Source of the DNA: Prasinococcaceae sp. CCMP 1430
Taxonomy: Eukaryota; Plantae; Prasinodermophyta
Length of the DNA stretch: 55,775 nt
Reading direction: 5' to 3'
Assembly: GCA_013416795.1 (NCBI GenBank)
Contig: RQSC01000150.1
Coordinates: 1-55,775 of the forward strand
Shown here in pieces: positions 30,969-40,720 of this stretch; the first letter of the stretch is position 1; every line of letters starts with the position of its first letter. Under the pieces are notes generated by a model. It ran no database searches, was not told the origin of the DNA, and saw only the letters and a list, made by a program, of their open reading frames with translations. The translations under genes were made by a program, and so were the position numbers.

Positions 30969-32274
30969 ATGGTGGGCGTGAAGTGGGAGGGCGAGGGCGT
31001 GGTGGTGGGCAAGGGCGAGCGGGAGTGGCCGTACACGGCGTACGAGCTGCCGTACCAGACTTTCGCGTTCATGTACGAGCAGCAGCCAGAGAGGACAAAG
31101 TGGTTCGGCACGCGCGCGCGCTTCAACATGCACTTCCGCCGATTCCTCGTCGTGGCGACCTGGACGGGGCCGCGCAAGGAGCTGCCGCTCGATAAGGTGG
31201 AGGCGGCCATCGAGCTCTTCAACGAGGGCAAGACGGCCAAGGATGACATAGTCGACGTCGTCGTCGCGCCGGCCGACCGCTACCTCGAGCACTGCAAAGA
31301 GAAGCTCGACGAGCAGAAGTTTGCGCTCGGCACGCACGACGTGCCCCTGGACGACTCGGTCGCCGACTACTCGGCGGAGGACCGCGCGGACATCGGCTGC
31401 AAGTACGCCATCCTGGGGCACCCGCTGCGAAGGGCCAAGCTCAGGGAGACGGACGAGATCGTCGCGGCGAAGATCCGGAAGGCGCGCGGCCTCGGCATGC
31501 GCGCGGTGGTGTGCGTGGGCGAGCTCGAGGCGGGCATGGACCGCCACGCCACCCGCAATGTGGTGCTCGCGCAGCTCGCGTCGGCCGTCGGAGCGCTCAG
31601 GGAAGAGTGGGGCGAGACCGACACGAAGAGCGGGCAGGCGTGCATGCCCGAGGTGAGCTTCGCCTATTGTCCCGCGTGGGCGGTCGGCACGGGCGTCGCG
31701 TGCGAGCCCGCGGTCGTCAACGACGTACTTTTCGCCATGCGCAAGTGGCTCCTGGACAACTGCGGCGAGATCGTGGCACGAAACGTGCGGCTGCTGTACG
31801 GGGGCTCGGTCACCAAGGATAACTGCTCCGACTACGCCGACGAGTTCGAGGTGGACGGCTTCCTAGTGGGCAAGGGATCGTACGCCAAGGAGGTGAGGCC
31901 GCTCAGGCCGCGGCTGCGCGCTCCCACAGGCCCGGCCGCTCCACAGGCTGGCCCTCTGCCCCTGCTGTGCGCGCACGCACAGCAACGCGCCCTTCCGTCT
32001 GCAAGCGCCCGCGGGCGCGCGAGCGCGCGCGCGCGCGCGCGCGGGCGCGCACTGACGCGTGCGCGAGCGCGCGAGCGGCCCTCAGGGCCTGGGCGACGAC
32101 TACGGCGCCTTCTTCGACATCGCGGCGCAGTGCATTCGCCACTGCTTCCGCTACGTTCGCCATGAGGACGAGCTCAATCGCAAGGCCCAGAACCTCATGC
32201 TGACGGACCGGCGCGACGCACGGCTCGCCAGAGAGGCAGCCGAGAAGGCCGCGCTGGAGGCTGCCGCCGCGTGA
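30969..32274 (+). CDS. Triosephosphate isomerase-like protein with substituted catalytic residues, intron 31893-32085
   Basis: TIM motifs in order: VVVAP, AILGHPLRR, VVCVGE, AYCPAWAVGTG, RLLYGGSV, DGFLVG. N- and C-terminal extensions are present. Confidence 0.88.
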
Positions 32275-32577
32275 TGCGACGCCACCGCGGTGGGCGGCCT
32301 CGTGCATGCGCCGGCCGGGAGACAGGACGGCAGCAGCCGTCCATGTGCCCCCGTCATGCTCCCCTTCGGACCCGCGTGACAGCCACGATTGAACTCAATT
32401 TTTGGGAAAACCGGGTTCAAAGGGGCCGGTCTGTATATTGCGTCACAGTGTAAAAATGAAACCCACGCACGCTTTGGGTACGCGTTTGGCCAGTCGGGCC
32501 AGTCGGGCATTGCGCCACACACCGCGCGCGGCACGGCGCGCGGCAGGGCGCGGCGGGGCGGCGCTGCGCCTCGCGCC

Positions 32578-34026
32578 ATGCCGGGCGGCGCTCCGGCCGT
32601 CGGGGGTGCCGGCGAGTGGCGCCACGCGGTGCCAGCCGAATACTCCACCGTCTTCGCGGCCGCATTCCCGTGCGGCGGCGAGCGCGTGGCAGTATCTACG
32701 GCGGCCGGCGGAGTGCACGTGCTCCGCTGCGCGGATGAGGAAGAGGAAGAGGCCGAGGAGGGCTCTGGCGCGAGCAGGCCCAGCCCTGTCGGGTCCGTGG
32801 GCGATGAGCACGGACGCGTGCGTGCGCACGAGGGCGCGGCGTACGCGCTCGCGGCTGTCGACCGCACGAAGCTGCTGAGCGGGGGCGCCGACGGCTTCGT
32901 GCGGGTTTGGGACGCCGCCAACGCCGACAAAGAGGTGCGAGGGCGCGTGCGCTGCTGTGGGCACGCGAGGAGCGCACAGGGGTGGATGGGTGGGACGGGG
33001 TCGAGAGGCGCGCGCGGACAGAGGGCGCGCATGATGGTGCGCGTATCCCCATTTCGTTGTGGAGAGCTCCTCTCGATGTCCGCCTTCCACAGCTGCGACG
33101 TGCCCGCTGACGCTGGGCGCCGATCGCCCCGCCCTATCCCGGGCCGCGCCGCGCCGCGCCTGCGGCGCGCGCAGGAGTCCGACGACGGGCTCAAGTGCCT
33201 CAGTGAGTCGCGGTGCCCTGCGGGTGACGTAGGCTGGTCGCAACCCGAAGTGAACGCCGTGGCGTCGCCTGCCAGGAGTGCAGACAGCGCGCTCGTCGCG
33301 ACCGGAGCGATATTGCCCGCCCGCTTCGACCTGAATCTCGGGGAGTTCTGCGGCACGCTCGGCACGACGAGCGCCTCTCCGCACGCAGCGTACCTGCACG
33401 ACATCGCGCAGAGCGCCGACGGGCGGACGTGCGCCAGCGCGTCCGAGGACGGCACCGTCGCGCTGTGGGACACGCGCTCCGATCGTGCGACGCAGGTCTT
33501 CAATGTGGCGGCCGCTTCGCCCGCCCCTGCGAGTGGTGCCGGCGGCGGCGCGCTCGCAGCCGTCGCTCGCCCGCACGCGGGCTACGCGAGCTGCGTGGCG
33601 ATGAGCGCGGATGGAAACTGGGTGGTGGCTGGCAGTGGCGCGCGCTGCGTGACCTTCTGGAGCACGCGCATGGGCGTGGCTACCGCACGTGTGCGCACGC
33701 GCGCCACACCGCAGGCGGTGCTCGTCACCGGCGAAAGTGACGCTCTGGTCGCGTTCGCCGCCCCGTACTTGTCGCAGCTGAGCGTGGCAGGGCGCGAGGT
33801 GTGCCGGCGCAGCGTGGCCCCGCGGAGCGTCTATGCGCTCGCGCGCTGCGACAAGAGCAGCATGCTGTGTGTTGGCGGACACGGCGGGAGTGTGCAGGTG
33901 CTCACGCAGGTTGCCGCGAGGGACGCGTGGGTCGTGGACGATGGTGACGGCATGCGCCCCGACACATGGCGAGTGCCTCCGTGCGAGCCTCGGATGCTAC
34001 CGCCGCAGCCTAATCCAGTCTATTAG
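32578..34026 (+). CDS. THOC6: THO complex subunit 6-like WD40 protein, intron 32935-33174
   Basis: STVFAAAF, AHEGAAYAL..SGGADGFVRVW, PEVNAV, HAAYLHDI..SASEDGTVALWDTRS, CVAMSADGNWVVAGSG follow the THOC6 pattern. Confidence 0.78.
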   Translation: MPGGAPAVGGAGEWRHAVPAEYSTVFAAAFPCGGERVAVSTAAGGVHVLRCADEEEEEAEEGSGASRPSPVGSVGDEHGRVRAHEGAAYALAAVDRTKLLSGGADGFVRVWDAANADKEVRGRVRCCGHARSAQGWMGGTGSRGARGQRARMMVRVSPFRCGELLSMSAFHSCDVPADAGRRSPRPIPGRAAPRLRRAQESDDGLKCLSESRCPAGDVGWSQPEVNAVASPARSADSALVATGAILPARFDLNLGEFCGTLGTTSASPHAAYLHDIAQSADGRTCASASEDGTVALWDTRSDRATQVFNVAAASPAPASGAGGGALAAVARPHAGYASCVAMSADGNWVVAGSGARCVTFWSTRMGVATARVRTRATPQAVLVTGESDALVAFAAPYLSQLSVAGREVCRRSVAPRSVYALARCDKSSMLCVGGHGGSVQVLTQVAARDAWVVDDGDGMRPDTWRVPPCEPRMLPPQPNPVY

Positions 34027-34628
34027 CTAGTCGCGCGCCAGAAGAGTTCGCCCGCGTCGAGCGCGCGCGCTCGCGCGCGCGCGCGCTGTCGCGATTGCGG
34101 CGCCGTGGTTACTGTGCGTTGATGTCGGTGGCGCGCGCGCGTGGGTGGGCGGGCGGGCGGGCGAGCACGCGGGGGGAGAGGGTCCTCTCATCGCCTGTCA
34201 GGAAAGTTGCCCATTCCAACCGTCGGCCTCGCTGCGATGCCCCTTTTCACCAAGGTGGACGGGGGGCGCGCATTCGCGCACTCTCGCGCTTTGAGGGCGC
34301 CTGGTGGCACCCACCGGGGCAGGGCACGCCTGACGCTCGATCGCCGCCAGCGCCGGCAGGAAGCACAAAGAGTGCTGTCTTGGTGCAGTGTACGCATCGC
34401 AAGTAATTTAGGAAGTGTACGTGCGTGTCCCGCAGTACACTACGCAGTAGTAACCAAACAAAGGACCGGTCCGTCGCTCTCCTCAAGGCTTCGTCGTGTG
34501 GCACATGTCGCTTCAAACATTAGAACTGATTTTTTGCGTCTCCTGCTCGCAGCGCGGCACCCGTGGTGCCGCCCTACGCGCGAGCGCGCACGCACGGCGC
34601 GCGCTGATACGCGCGTCGGTATGGTCGA

Positions 34629-36926
34629 TCACGGGCTTGTCGAGTTGCCGCCAGTGATCGCCTGCGCAATGGCGATGACATCCTCGGTGGTGATCGAGCC
34701 ATCGCCGTTCATGTCACCGGCCGACTCGATGCACGGCGATTCAATGACGCCGCTGACCACCGCATTCTGCACCACGATGAGGTCGGCCACGTCAGTGGCG
34801 CCGTCGTTGTTGACGTCGCCGGAGCCGTCTTGCGCACACGTGCCCGCTCCACCTGCAGCGCAAACCTCTTCCGCCTGCGGACAGCAGTCGCCGACGATCG
34901 CGCACGCGGCGGCGTCGCAGCCACAGCCGTTCGACGTGTACGCGCCGCAGTCGGCAGACCCGCACGCGGGTGGATCGGCGGGGCACTCCGAAACCTCCGA
35001 CAGCGCCGGCGAGGTCTTGTACGCGTCGCAGCTGGCAGGGTCGGTGGCGGTGTTGCACGAGCCGTCGCCGTCCCTCTCCGTGGGCGCCTCGGCGACCTTG
35101 TACACTGAGGTCGAGCCCGTGGCGGCGTTGGCGACGACGAGCATGTCGGCGCAGATGGGCGAGGCGGCGGCAGGCACGAAGACCATGCTCTCAGGGCGGA
35201 CGTCGAGCGAATTGAAGGTGAAGTCGTTGTCATCCTCCTGATCGGAGATGTCCACGTCGCCAAAGTTGCGGCGGTTGAGGTAGTCGTTGAAGACGGGCGC
35301 CGTCGGATCGGTTACGTCGTACGTGATGACGCCGCTCTGGCGCTCCAAGGCGATGAACGCGGCAATCTTGCCGCCGGCGAGCCTTCCGACGGTCGCGGCA
35401 ATGGGCACGGGGCCCTTGTCATCCCCGCGGTCGTCGAAGTTGTTCCTGAAGCTGTCCGAGTTGAAGAAGTCCGGGTTCAGGACGGCGATCATCTCCTCGA
35501 AGTCCGACCCGCTGTCGTACACGAGCTCGAGGCCGTCGGGGTTGGCCCTGTAGACGGAGAAGGAGCGGCTGCCGAACGCGTTGATGGTGGAGCACTCGAG
35601 GTTGCCGCTGGCGTCGAACTGGGCAGGGTACGCATTGGTCACTCGGAGGCGGCCGAGCTTGGCGTCGTCGCGGATCAGCGCATCCGTCGGGCAGTTCGTG
35701 GTCAGCTCGCCCAGCCGCACCCTCTCTGCGAAGTTGGCCACGTCGATCGATCTCCCATCGTTGGAAGTGACGAGGTAGTCAACGCCGCCGAGCGAGAAAG
35801 GCGCCACGCTGTCGGGCTGCTGCATGAACGTCACGTTGACGCCGTCCCAGCTCCCCGCGATGTTGATGCCCCCGTCCTCGTCGGACGGGTCCATGACTGC
35901 GGTCGGGTACGCGAGCCCGTCGACGTACGCGAACGTGCGCGACGCCATGTCGAAGGCAGCGGCGGCGTTGTTTTTCTGCAGCATGACGTAGAGGGTCTGG
36001 CCGTCGTCGGAGAAGGCGCAGTCCTCGGGCTCGAGGTTGGCGGAGGCGTTGTTCGCGTTGGGGCCGAAGAGGCGCACGCCGCGGGCGAGCAGATCCTCCG
36101 AGTCGAACCCGTCGAAGGTGTAGGTCTCGTCGGCGATCACGCTCACCGACGCCACCGGCTGGGTGGTGATCTGCACGTCGACGACGGTCACGCCGCCCAC
36201 CGGATCCTCGTCGCCAGGGGTGTAGAAGAACTCTCCCTCGTTGACGCACGCCACCGCGGTCTTGTCGCCGTTGACGCTGATGGCCCCGGGGTGCGAGCCG
36301 GTGTTGACCGAGGCGAGGAGGAGCCCCGTGATGGAATCGACGAACGTGAGTTTGCCCCTGGCATCCCTCGGGTCTGCCCGGACGGTGGCGACGAGGACCC
36401 CGTCGACGGCATGGACGCGCCTCACGCTATCGCCGGTGAAGGTGGGATCGGCCGCTTGCGTGAGCGCGATGACGTCGATGGAGCTGACGTTCTGCGGGTT
36501 TGTGGGATCGACCAGCGAGATCACGTCCACGCGCCCGCTGTCCCCGTTCGACACGTACGCGCGGCGCGTCGCGGCGTCGTAGGTGACAAACTCCGCGGCG
36601 TCCTCTGCGTACACGCCGCTCTCGTAGGTGCCAATCCACTGCAGCTGGATGACCTGCGCGGCGGCGAGGCTCGCGGCCGCCGCGGCGAGCGCAGCGGCGA
36701 GCGCAGCGGCGAGCGCATCGTCGCGCGCGCGGACGGATAGCGCTGTGGCGCGCCGCGCGCGAGCGAGGGCCACGAATCGCCAATCGATTGGGCCGCCGGC
36801 CGCCGCGGCACATCGCGTTCGCGCGTGGCCGCCCAACTGATCGCCAGGTGGCGGGGCGCGTGCCCAACGGGCGTGTGCCGGGCACACGCCCTTTGGGGAA
36901 CGCGGCGCCAGCATCGTTGCCTGCAT
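34629..36926 (-). CDS. Secreted choice-of-anchor I (alkaline-phosphatase-associated beta-propeller) protein with somatomedin-B-like and type I dockerin C-terminus, intronless
   Basis: IGTYESGVYAEDAAEFVTYD, NLEPED, LQKNNA, LGRLRVT, AFGSRSFSVY, YDSGSDFE, FDDRGDDKGP, FIALER; then CGCDAAACAIVGDCC and GDVNNDGATDVADL..AGDMNGDGSITTEDV. Signal-like ALAAALAAALAAAAASLAAA|Q. An out-of-frame ATG at 36718 just before it suggests a 1-nt error or an upstream start. Confidence 0.83.
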   Translation of the reverse strand: MQATMLAPRSPKGVCPAHARWARAPPPGDQLGGHARTRCAAAAGGPIDWRFVALARARRATALSVRARDDALAAALAAALAAAAASLAAAQVIQLQWIGTYESGVYAEDAAEFVTYDAATRRAYVSNGDSGRVDVISLVDPTNPQNVSSIDVIALTQAADPTFTGDSVRRVHAVDGVLVATVRADPRDARGKLTFVDSITGLLLASVNTGSHPGAISVNGDKTAVACVNEGEFFYTPGDEDPVGGVTVVDVQITTQPVASVSVIADETYTFDGFDSEDLLARGVRLFGPNANNASANLEPEDCAFSDDGQTLYVMLQKNNAAAAFDMASRTFAYVDGLAYPTAVMDPSDEDGGINIAGSWDGVNVTFMQQPDSVAPFSLGGVDYLVTSNDGRSIDVANFAERVRLGELTTNCPTDALIRDDAKLGRLRVTNAYPAQFDASGNLECSTINAFGSRSFSVYRANPDGLELVYDSGSDFEEMIAVLNPDFFNSDSFRNNFDDRGDDKGPVPIAATVGRLAGGKIAAFIALERQSGVITYDVTDPTAPVFNDYLNRRNFGDVDISDQEDDNDFTFNSLDVRPESMVFVPAAASPICADMLVVANAATGSTSVYKVAEAPTERDGDGSCNTATDPASCDAYKTSPALSEVSECPADPPACGSADCGAYTSNGCGCDAAACAIVGDCCPQAEEVCAAGGAGTCAQDGSGDVNNDGATDVADLIVVQNAVVSGVIESPCIESAGDMNGDGSITTEDVIAIAQAITGGNSTSP

Positions 36927-37091
36927 TCATTTGCTGGTCGGAGGCGCGCGGCCCAATGCCAGGAGGCCGCGAGCATTACCAGCGAGGCCCGATGAGTGAG
37001 GCGCGATGATTGGATCGGCCGTCATTTAATTCATGTCCAGACGGACCGGTGGCGAACGTTCGCGTTTCGCGCAATTTCGGTGGTCTGTGTC

Positions 37092-37262
37092 AACCCTAAC
37101 TGAAATACCTTAATTCGCGGCTCCTCCCCGTACCCGATCTGTGCGCCCCCTCCCCGCCCCGTTCGAGCGGCGCCTGTGGAAACCCTACATGAAATCCCTA
37201 ATTCGCGGCTCCTCCCCGTACCCGATCCGTGCGCCCCCTCCCCGCCCCGCCCGAGCGGCGCC
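37092..37262 (+). repeat. Two ~83-bp direct repeats, each starting with a telo-box
   Basis: AACCCTA..TGAAAT.CC(T)TAATTCGCGGCTCCTCCCCGTACCCGATC.GTGCGCCCCCTCCCCGCCCCG..CGAGCGGCGCC at 37092-37174 and 37180-37262. Confidence 0.9.
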
Positions 37263-38174
37263 GATCCCGGATCGCGCCGATCCGGCGCGGGAGCGGGAGC
37301 GCGGCGCGTCCCCGAACCGGGCGACGATGATGCTGACTGATGACGGGGAGGCTCCAACAACACCAAAGGTGGGCCCCGCTGCGGGCGGCGGCGTGCCCCT
37401 TGCGGCGCGCGCGGGGCACCGCCCGCCTCGCCTCATCCGCGCGAGGGAAGGGAAATTCCGACGCACGCGCAAATCCGCGGTGCGCGACGACGGAGTGGGT
37501 CCGCCCGCGCACCGGTGTACTCTCAGGTTGAATTCAATGTGTGTACGCGCGAAAAGAACGGAAAACGAAAAGTCCAGAAATCGTTTCGTTTTTTCGGTCC
37601 GTCTCGCCGGGATCTCCGGATGATGATGCTGTCTGTGGCTGGACGGTGCCCCCGGAGGGGGGGGGACACATGGGCTCGGCCGAGCGTAACAGGGCGTGCC
37701 GCGGCGCGTGCCGCGGGCCACGGCTGGGTCCGCATCGGGCCGCCGCGGCCGCGGCTGGCGCGGGGGCGCGCGGCGCAGCCCTCGAACCAACCGACCCATC
37801 CAACCAACCAACCGACCGACAACTCTCCCCCGCCTGTCTCCCTCGCCCGCGACCCCCGCAGGCCAGCCCGGGAGCCAGAAAGGAGTCCCGCGGGCCCGCG
37901 GCGCCGCACCTCTCTCTCGCTCCACCCACCCACCCCGAACCTCCTCCCCTTCCCTTCCCCTTCAGCCCGCGCCCGCCCTGCGCGGCTCTGATCTGCTCTG
38001 CCCTGCTCTGTTGGTTCATTCGTCGCGTTCGTCGCGTTGTGCGCTCGGCCGCGGTTCTGAGGCGCGCCGCGAGGCGGTGGGGTGCGCGGCCGAGGAGTGT
38101 GCTGCGGCGGCGGCCGAATTCTGGCCCCAACCAACGCAGCGCAGGCGAGAGGGGGGACGGGGGGGGGAGGGGAN

Positions 38175-38901
38175 CGAAGAGTGGGTGGCCTTCCGCGCAG
38201 CGCAGGAGGCCGCGTCCAACGCCGAGGTTTCGGCGGCGCAGCTCGTCATGCACGCCGCGCTAGGCGCGGGCTCCATGGTGGGCTTCGGTTTTTCGGACAA
38301 TTTTGTGATGCTGCTGGCAGGCGAGGCGATCGAGGCGCAGCTGGGGCCGCGCTTCGGCCTGTATGGCCTGGCCGCCGCCGCGGCGGGCAACCTAGTGGCC
38401 GATGTGGTCGGCTGCCTCACGAGCGGCACGGTGGAGCGCATCAGCGAGGCCGTGCTCCCCGATCCCGGGCTCTCGCTGCAGCAGGAGGCCCAGCCGGCTG
38501 CGCGAGCGGCGGACACGATCGGCCAGGTCGTGGGCATCTCGGCGGGCTGCGTGCTCGGCTGCGTGCCGCTGCTGTTTGGCGTGGGCACAACGGCGGAGGA
38601 GGTGGGCACCGTGGGCACCGTGGGCGCCGCGCGCGCCTCAAAGCGCGCACTCCGTCGAGCGCGCCTCGGCGTGCGCCACGGGGCAGGCGCAACCGCGCAG
38701 CGGGCCGCAAGAGGCCGCGTCGCGCTCGCGCAGATGGCCGCCGCGCTGCAGGAGCGGGCGCCGCGCGCGCCAGTGCGGCTGGGCGTGCGCGCGCCGACGT
38801 TTGGCGCCCACGTGCTCCTTGTGGCGTCGGTCGCAATGGCCGCACGGAGGCTCGTGCAGCGACGGCGCGAGGGAGACGAGCGAGTGCAAATGACGCAATG
38901 A
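38175..38901 (+). CDS. TMEM65: TMEM65-like membrane protein (5' part unresolved at an N)
   Basis: MVGFGFSDNFVMLLAGEAIE..AAAAAGNLVADVVG..GISAGCVLGCVPLLF. Confidence 0.8.
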
Positions 38902-38967
38902 GTGCTGGCGCATGCGCGACACACATCCGCCCCCAGTAGATACATGTACAAAACATCTTAATGGACA

Positions 38968-39444
38968 TCAGTCACTATCGTACACGACTGCATTGAAGCG
39001 TGGGCGGCTGTGAGCCATCCCTCGCCCCGCCCTGCCCGCCCCGCTTGCGCGCTCCCCGCCGGCACCGGCGTCATCGTCATCGAGCTCGTGCCCCGCGTCC
39101 TCGAGACCGCGCTCGTTGTCGATGCCCGCAAGGTCGTCGCGGTCACCGTCGCTTATGACCTCTACGGCATCCTCGGCGCCCCCCCCAAGCGCGTGCGCTC
39201 TGCTTCGAGCCGCGCGGTCCTCGGGCCAGCACGACTCCTCCACGTCGCCGCCATCGCACGGCGCCTCGCCCATCGCCGCGGCCGTGGCCGCCGGCGCGAC
39301 GGGCATCGTGCCCAGCGTGACGGGCAGGCGATCGTCGCTCGTCGCGCGCGGCCGCGCCCCGAGCTTCTCGGCGCTCGACCCAACGAGCGCCGCCCTCCTG
39401 GGCTGCTCGCCCTCGGCGTCGTCGGACGCGGCGGCGGCGGCCAT
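38968..39444 (-). CDS. Acidic low-complexity ORF/fragment of unknown function, head-to-head with AP2/ERF
   Basis: Asp/Glu-rich reading ([35 protein letters not shown]). The plus frame here is Ser/Ala-rich, typical of an antisense shadow. ATG at 39444 is in a GCCGCCATGG context. Confidence 0.45.
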   Translation of the reverse strand: MAAAAASDDAEGEQPRRAALVGSSAEKLGARPRATSDDRLPVTLGTMPVAPAATAAAMGEAPCDGGDVEESCWPEDRAARSRAHALGGGAEDAVEVISDGDRDDLAGIDNERGLEDAGHELDDDDAGAGGERASGAGRAGRGMAHSRPRFNAVVYDSD

Positions 39445-39925
39445 GGCGGCCGCCGCCGCGGGCGGCGCGGCGGGCTCGGGCGGCAAGGTGTCCACCGCCA
39501 AGAACAGCTGCAAGTACCGCGGCGTGCGCCAGCGGCCGTGGGGCAAGTTCGCGGCTGAGATCCGCGATCCGACGCGCGGGGTGCGGCTGTGGCTGGGGAC
39601 GTACGACAGCGCCGAGGAGGCCGCCTACGCGTACGACGCGGCCGCGCGCACGATCCGCGGGGCCAAGGCGGTCTGCAACTTCGACCCGCCTGCGGACGGC
39701 ACCGTGTACGCCGCGTGCGCGGCGGCGGCGGTGCGCACGGTCGAGCTCGGGCCTGAGGCGGCTCCGAACGCGGGCGGGGGGCCGAACGACAAGACGAAAC
39801 CGCCCGTGGGCGTGCCGGGCATGGGCGGCGCGGATGGCATGGCGCAAGGACAAACTTCGCAGGACTCGGGCGGTTCCGCAGAGAGCGCGGAAGAGGCAGA
39901 GCTGCTGCTCGGCCTGGCGGGCTGA
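39443..39925 (+). CDS. AP2/ERF transcription factor (single AP2 domain)
   Basis: [57 protein letters not shown]. Confidence 0.93.
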   Translation: MAAAAAGGAAGSGGKVSTAKNSCKYRGVRQRPWGKFAAEIRDPTRGVRLWLGTYDSAEEAAYAYDAAARTIRGAKAVCNFDPPADGTVYAACAAAAVRTVELGPEAAPNAGGGPNDKTKPPVGVPGMGGADGMAQGQTSQDSGGSAESAEEAELLLGLAG

Positions 39926-40720
39926 GGAGGGCGCGGAGTGCGCCCAGCCAGCGAGGCGCACGCCGTGCGTGGTGGCGCGGTGGCACGGCGGGGGACTGGG
40001 TTTGGGGTATGGGCTTCTTTGGGGTCGAATGGGATGAGGTGGGATTGGGTGGGTGGGCGAGCGCGGCGAGGCGAGGTGCGCGCGGGAGGAGGAGCTCCTT
40101 CCGCGTGGCGCGGCCGGGCGATGCGCGCGCATTCACTCGCGCGCCCAGCCAGAAACAGCTCGGGTGAGCACGCCTGGCCCGCCGCCAAGAGGGCGGCGGC
40201 TCTCCGCGTCCCCCGCTCCCGCGGTTATATAAAATGACTGCGGTCGGTAGAACTCTGCGCGCTACCTCGCGGCCGCCGCTCCAGGATGAGGTGTGCTCGT
40301 CCGCGTCGGTAGCCTTGATAGTGCGCCGCGCGCTGTAGTGTCGGCGTCCGCCCGACCCGTGCGCGGCTGCAGTGCATCCCGAAACCCTCAACGTCGTCGT
40401 CCCTCAAATATCGCCAGGTCAATTCGCATCCCCCTTGTAGCTATCGAGCGAGGAGCCGACCAACCGACGCCGTTGCGGCTCGCGCCCTGGACGCTCCGCA
40501 CGGATTCGAACCGCCCTCCGCAGCGAGCCCCCCTCGAGAGCTCGCCAGCTAGGGGGGGAGGCGACCGCCGGGCGCGCGCGGGCGCACGGCACAGTAATGT
40601 AATCTCCAGATTTGGCCTGGACGCGACATTCTCTCTCTTGGCCGCTGACGCCGGCGCCGCCGGCGCCAGCGACCACGCCGGCAGCGGCAACGCCGGCAGC
40701 GGCGGCGCCGCAGGGGAACC

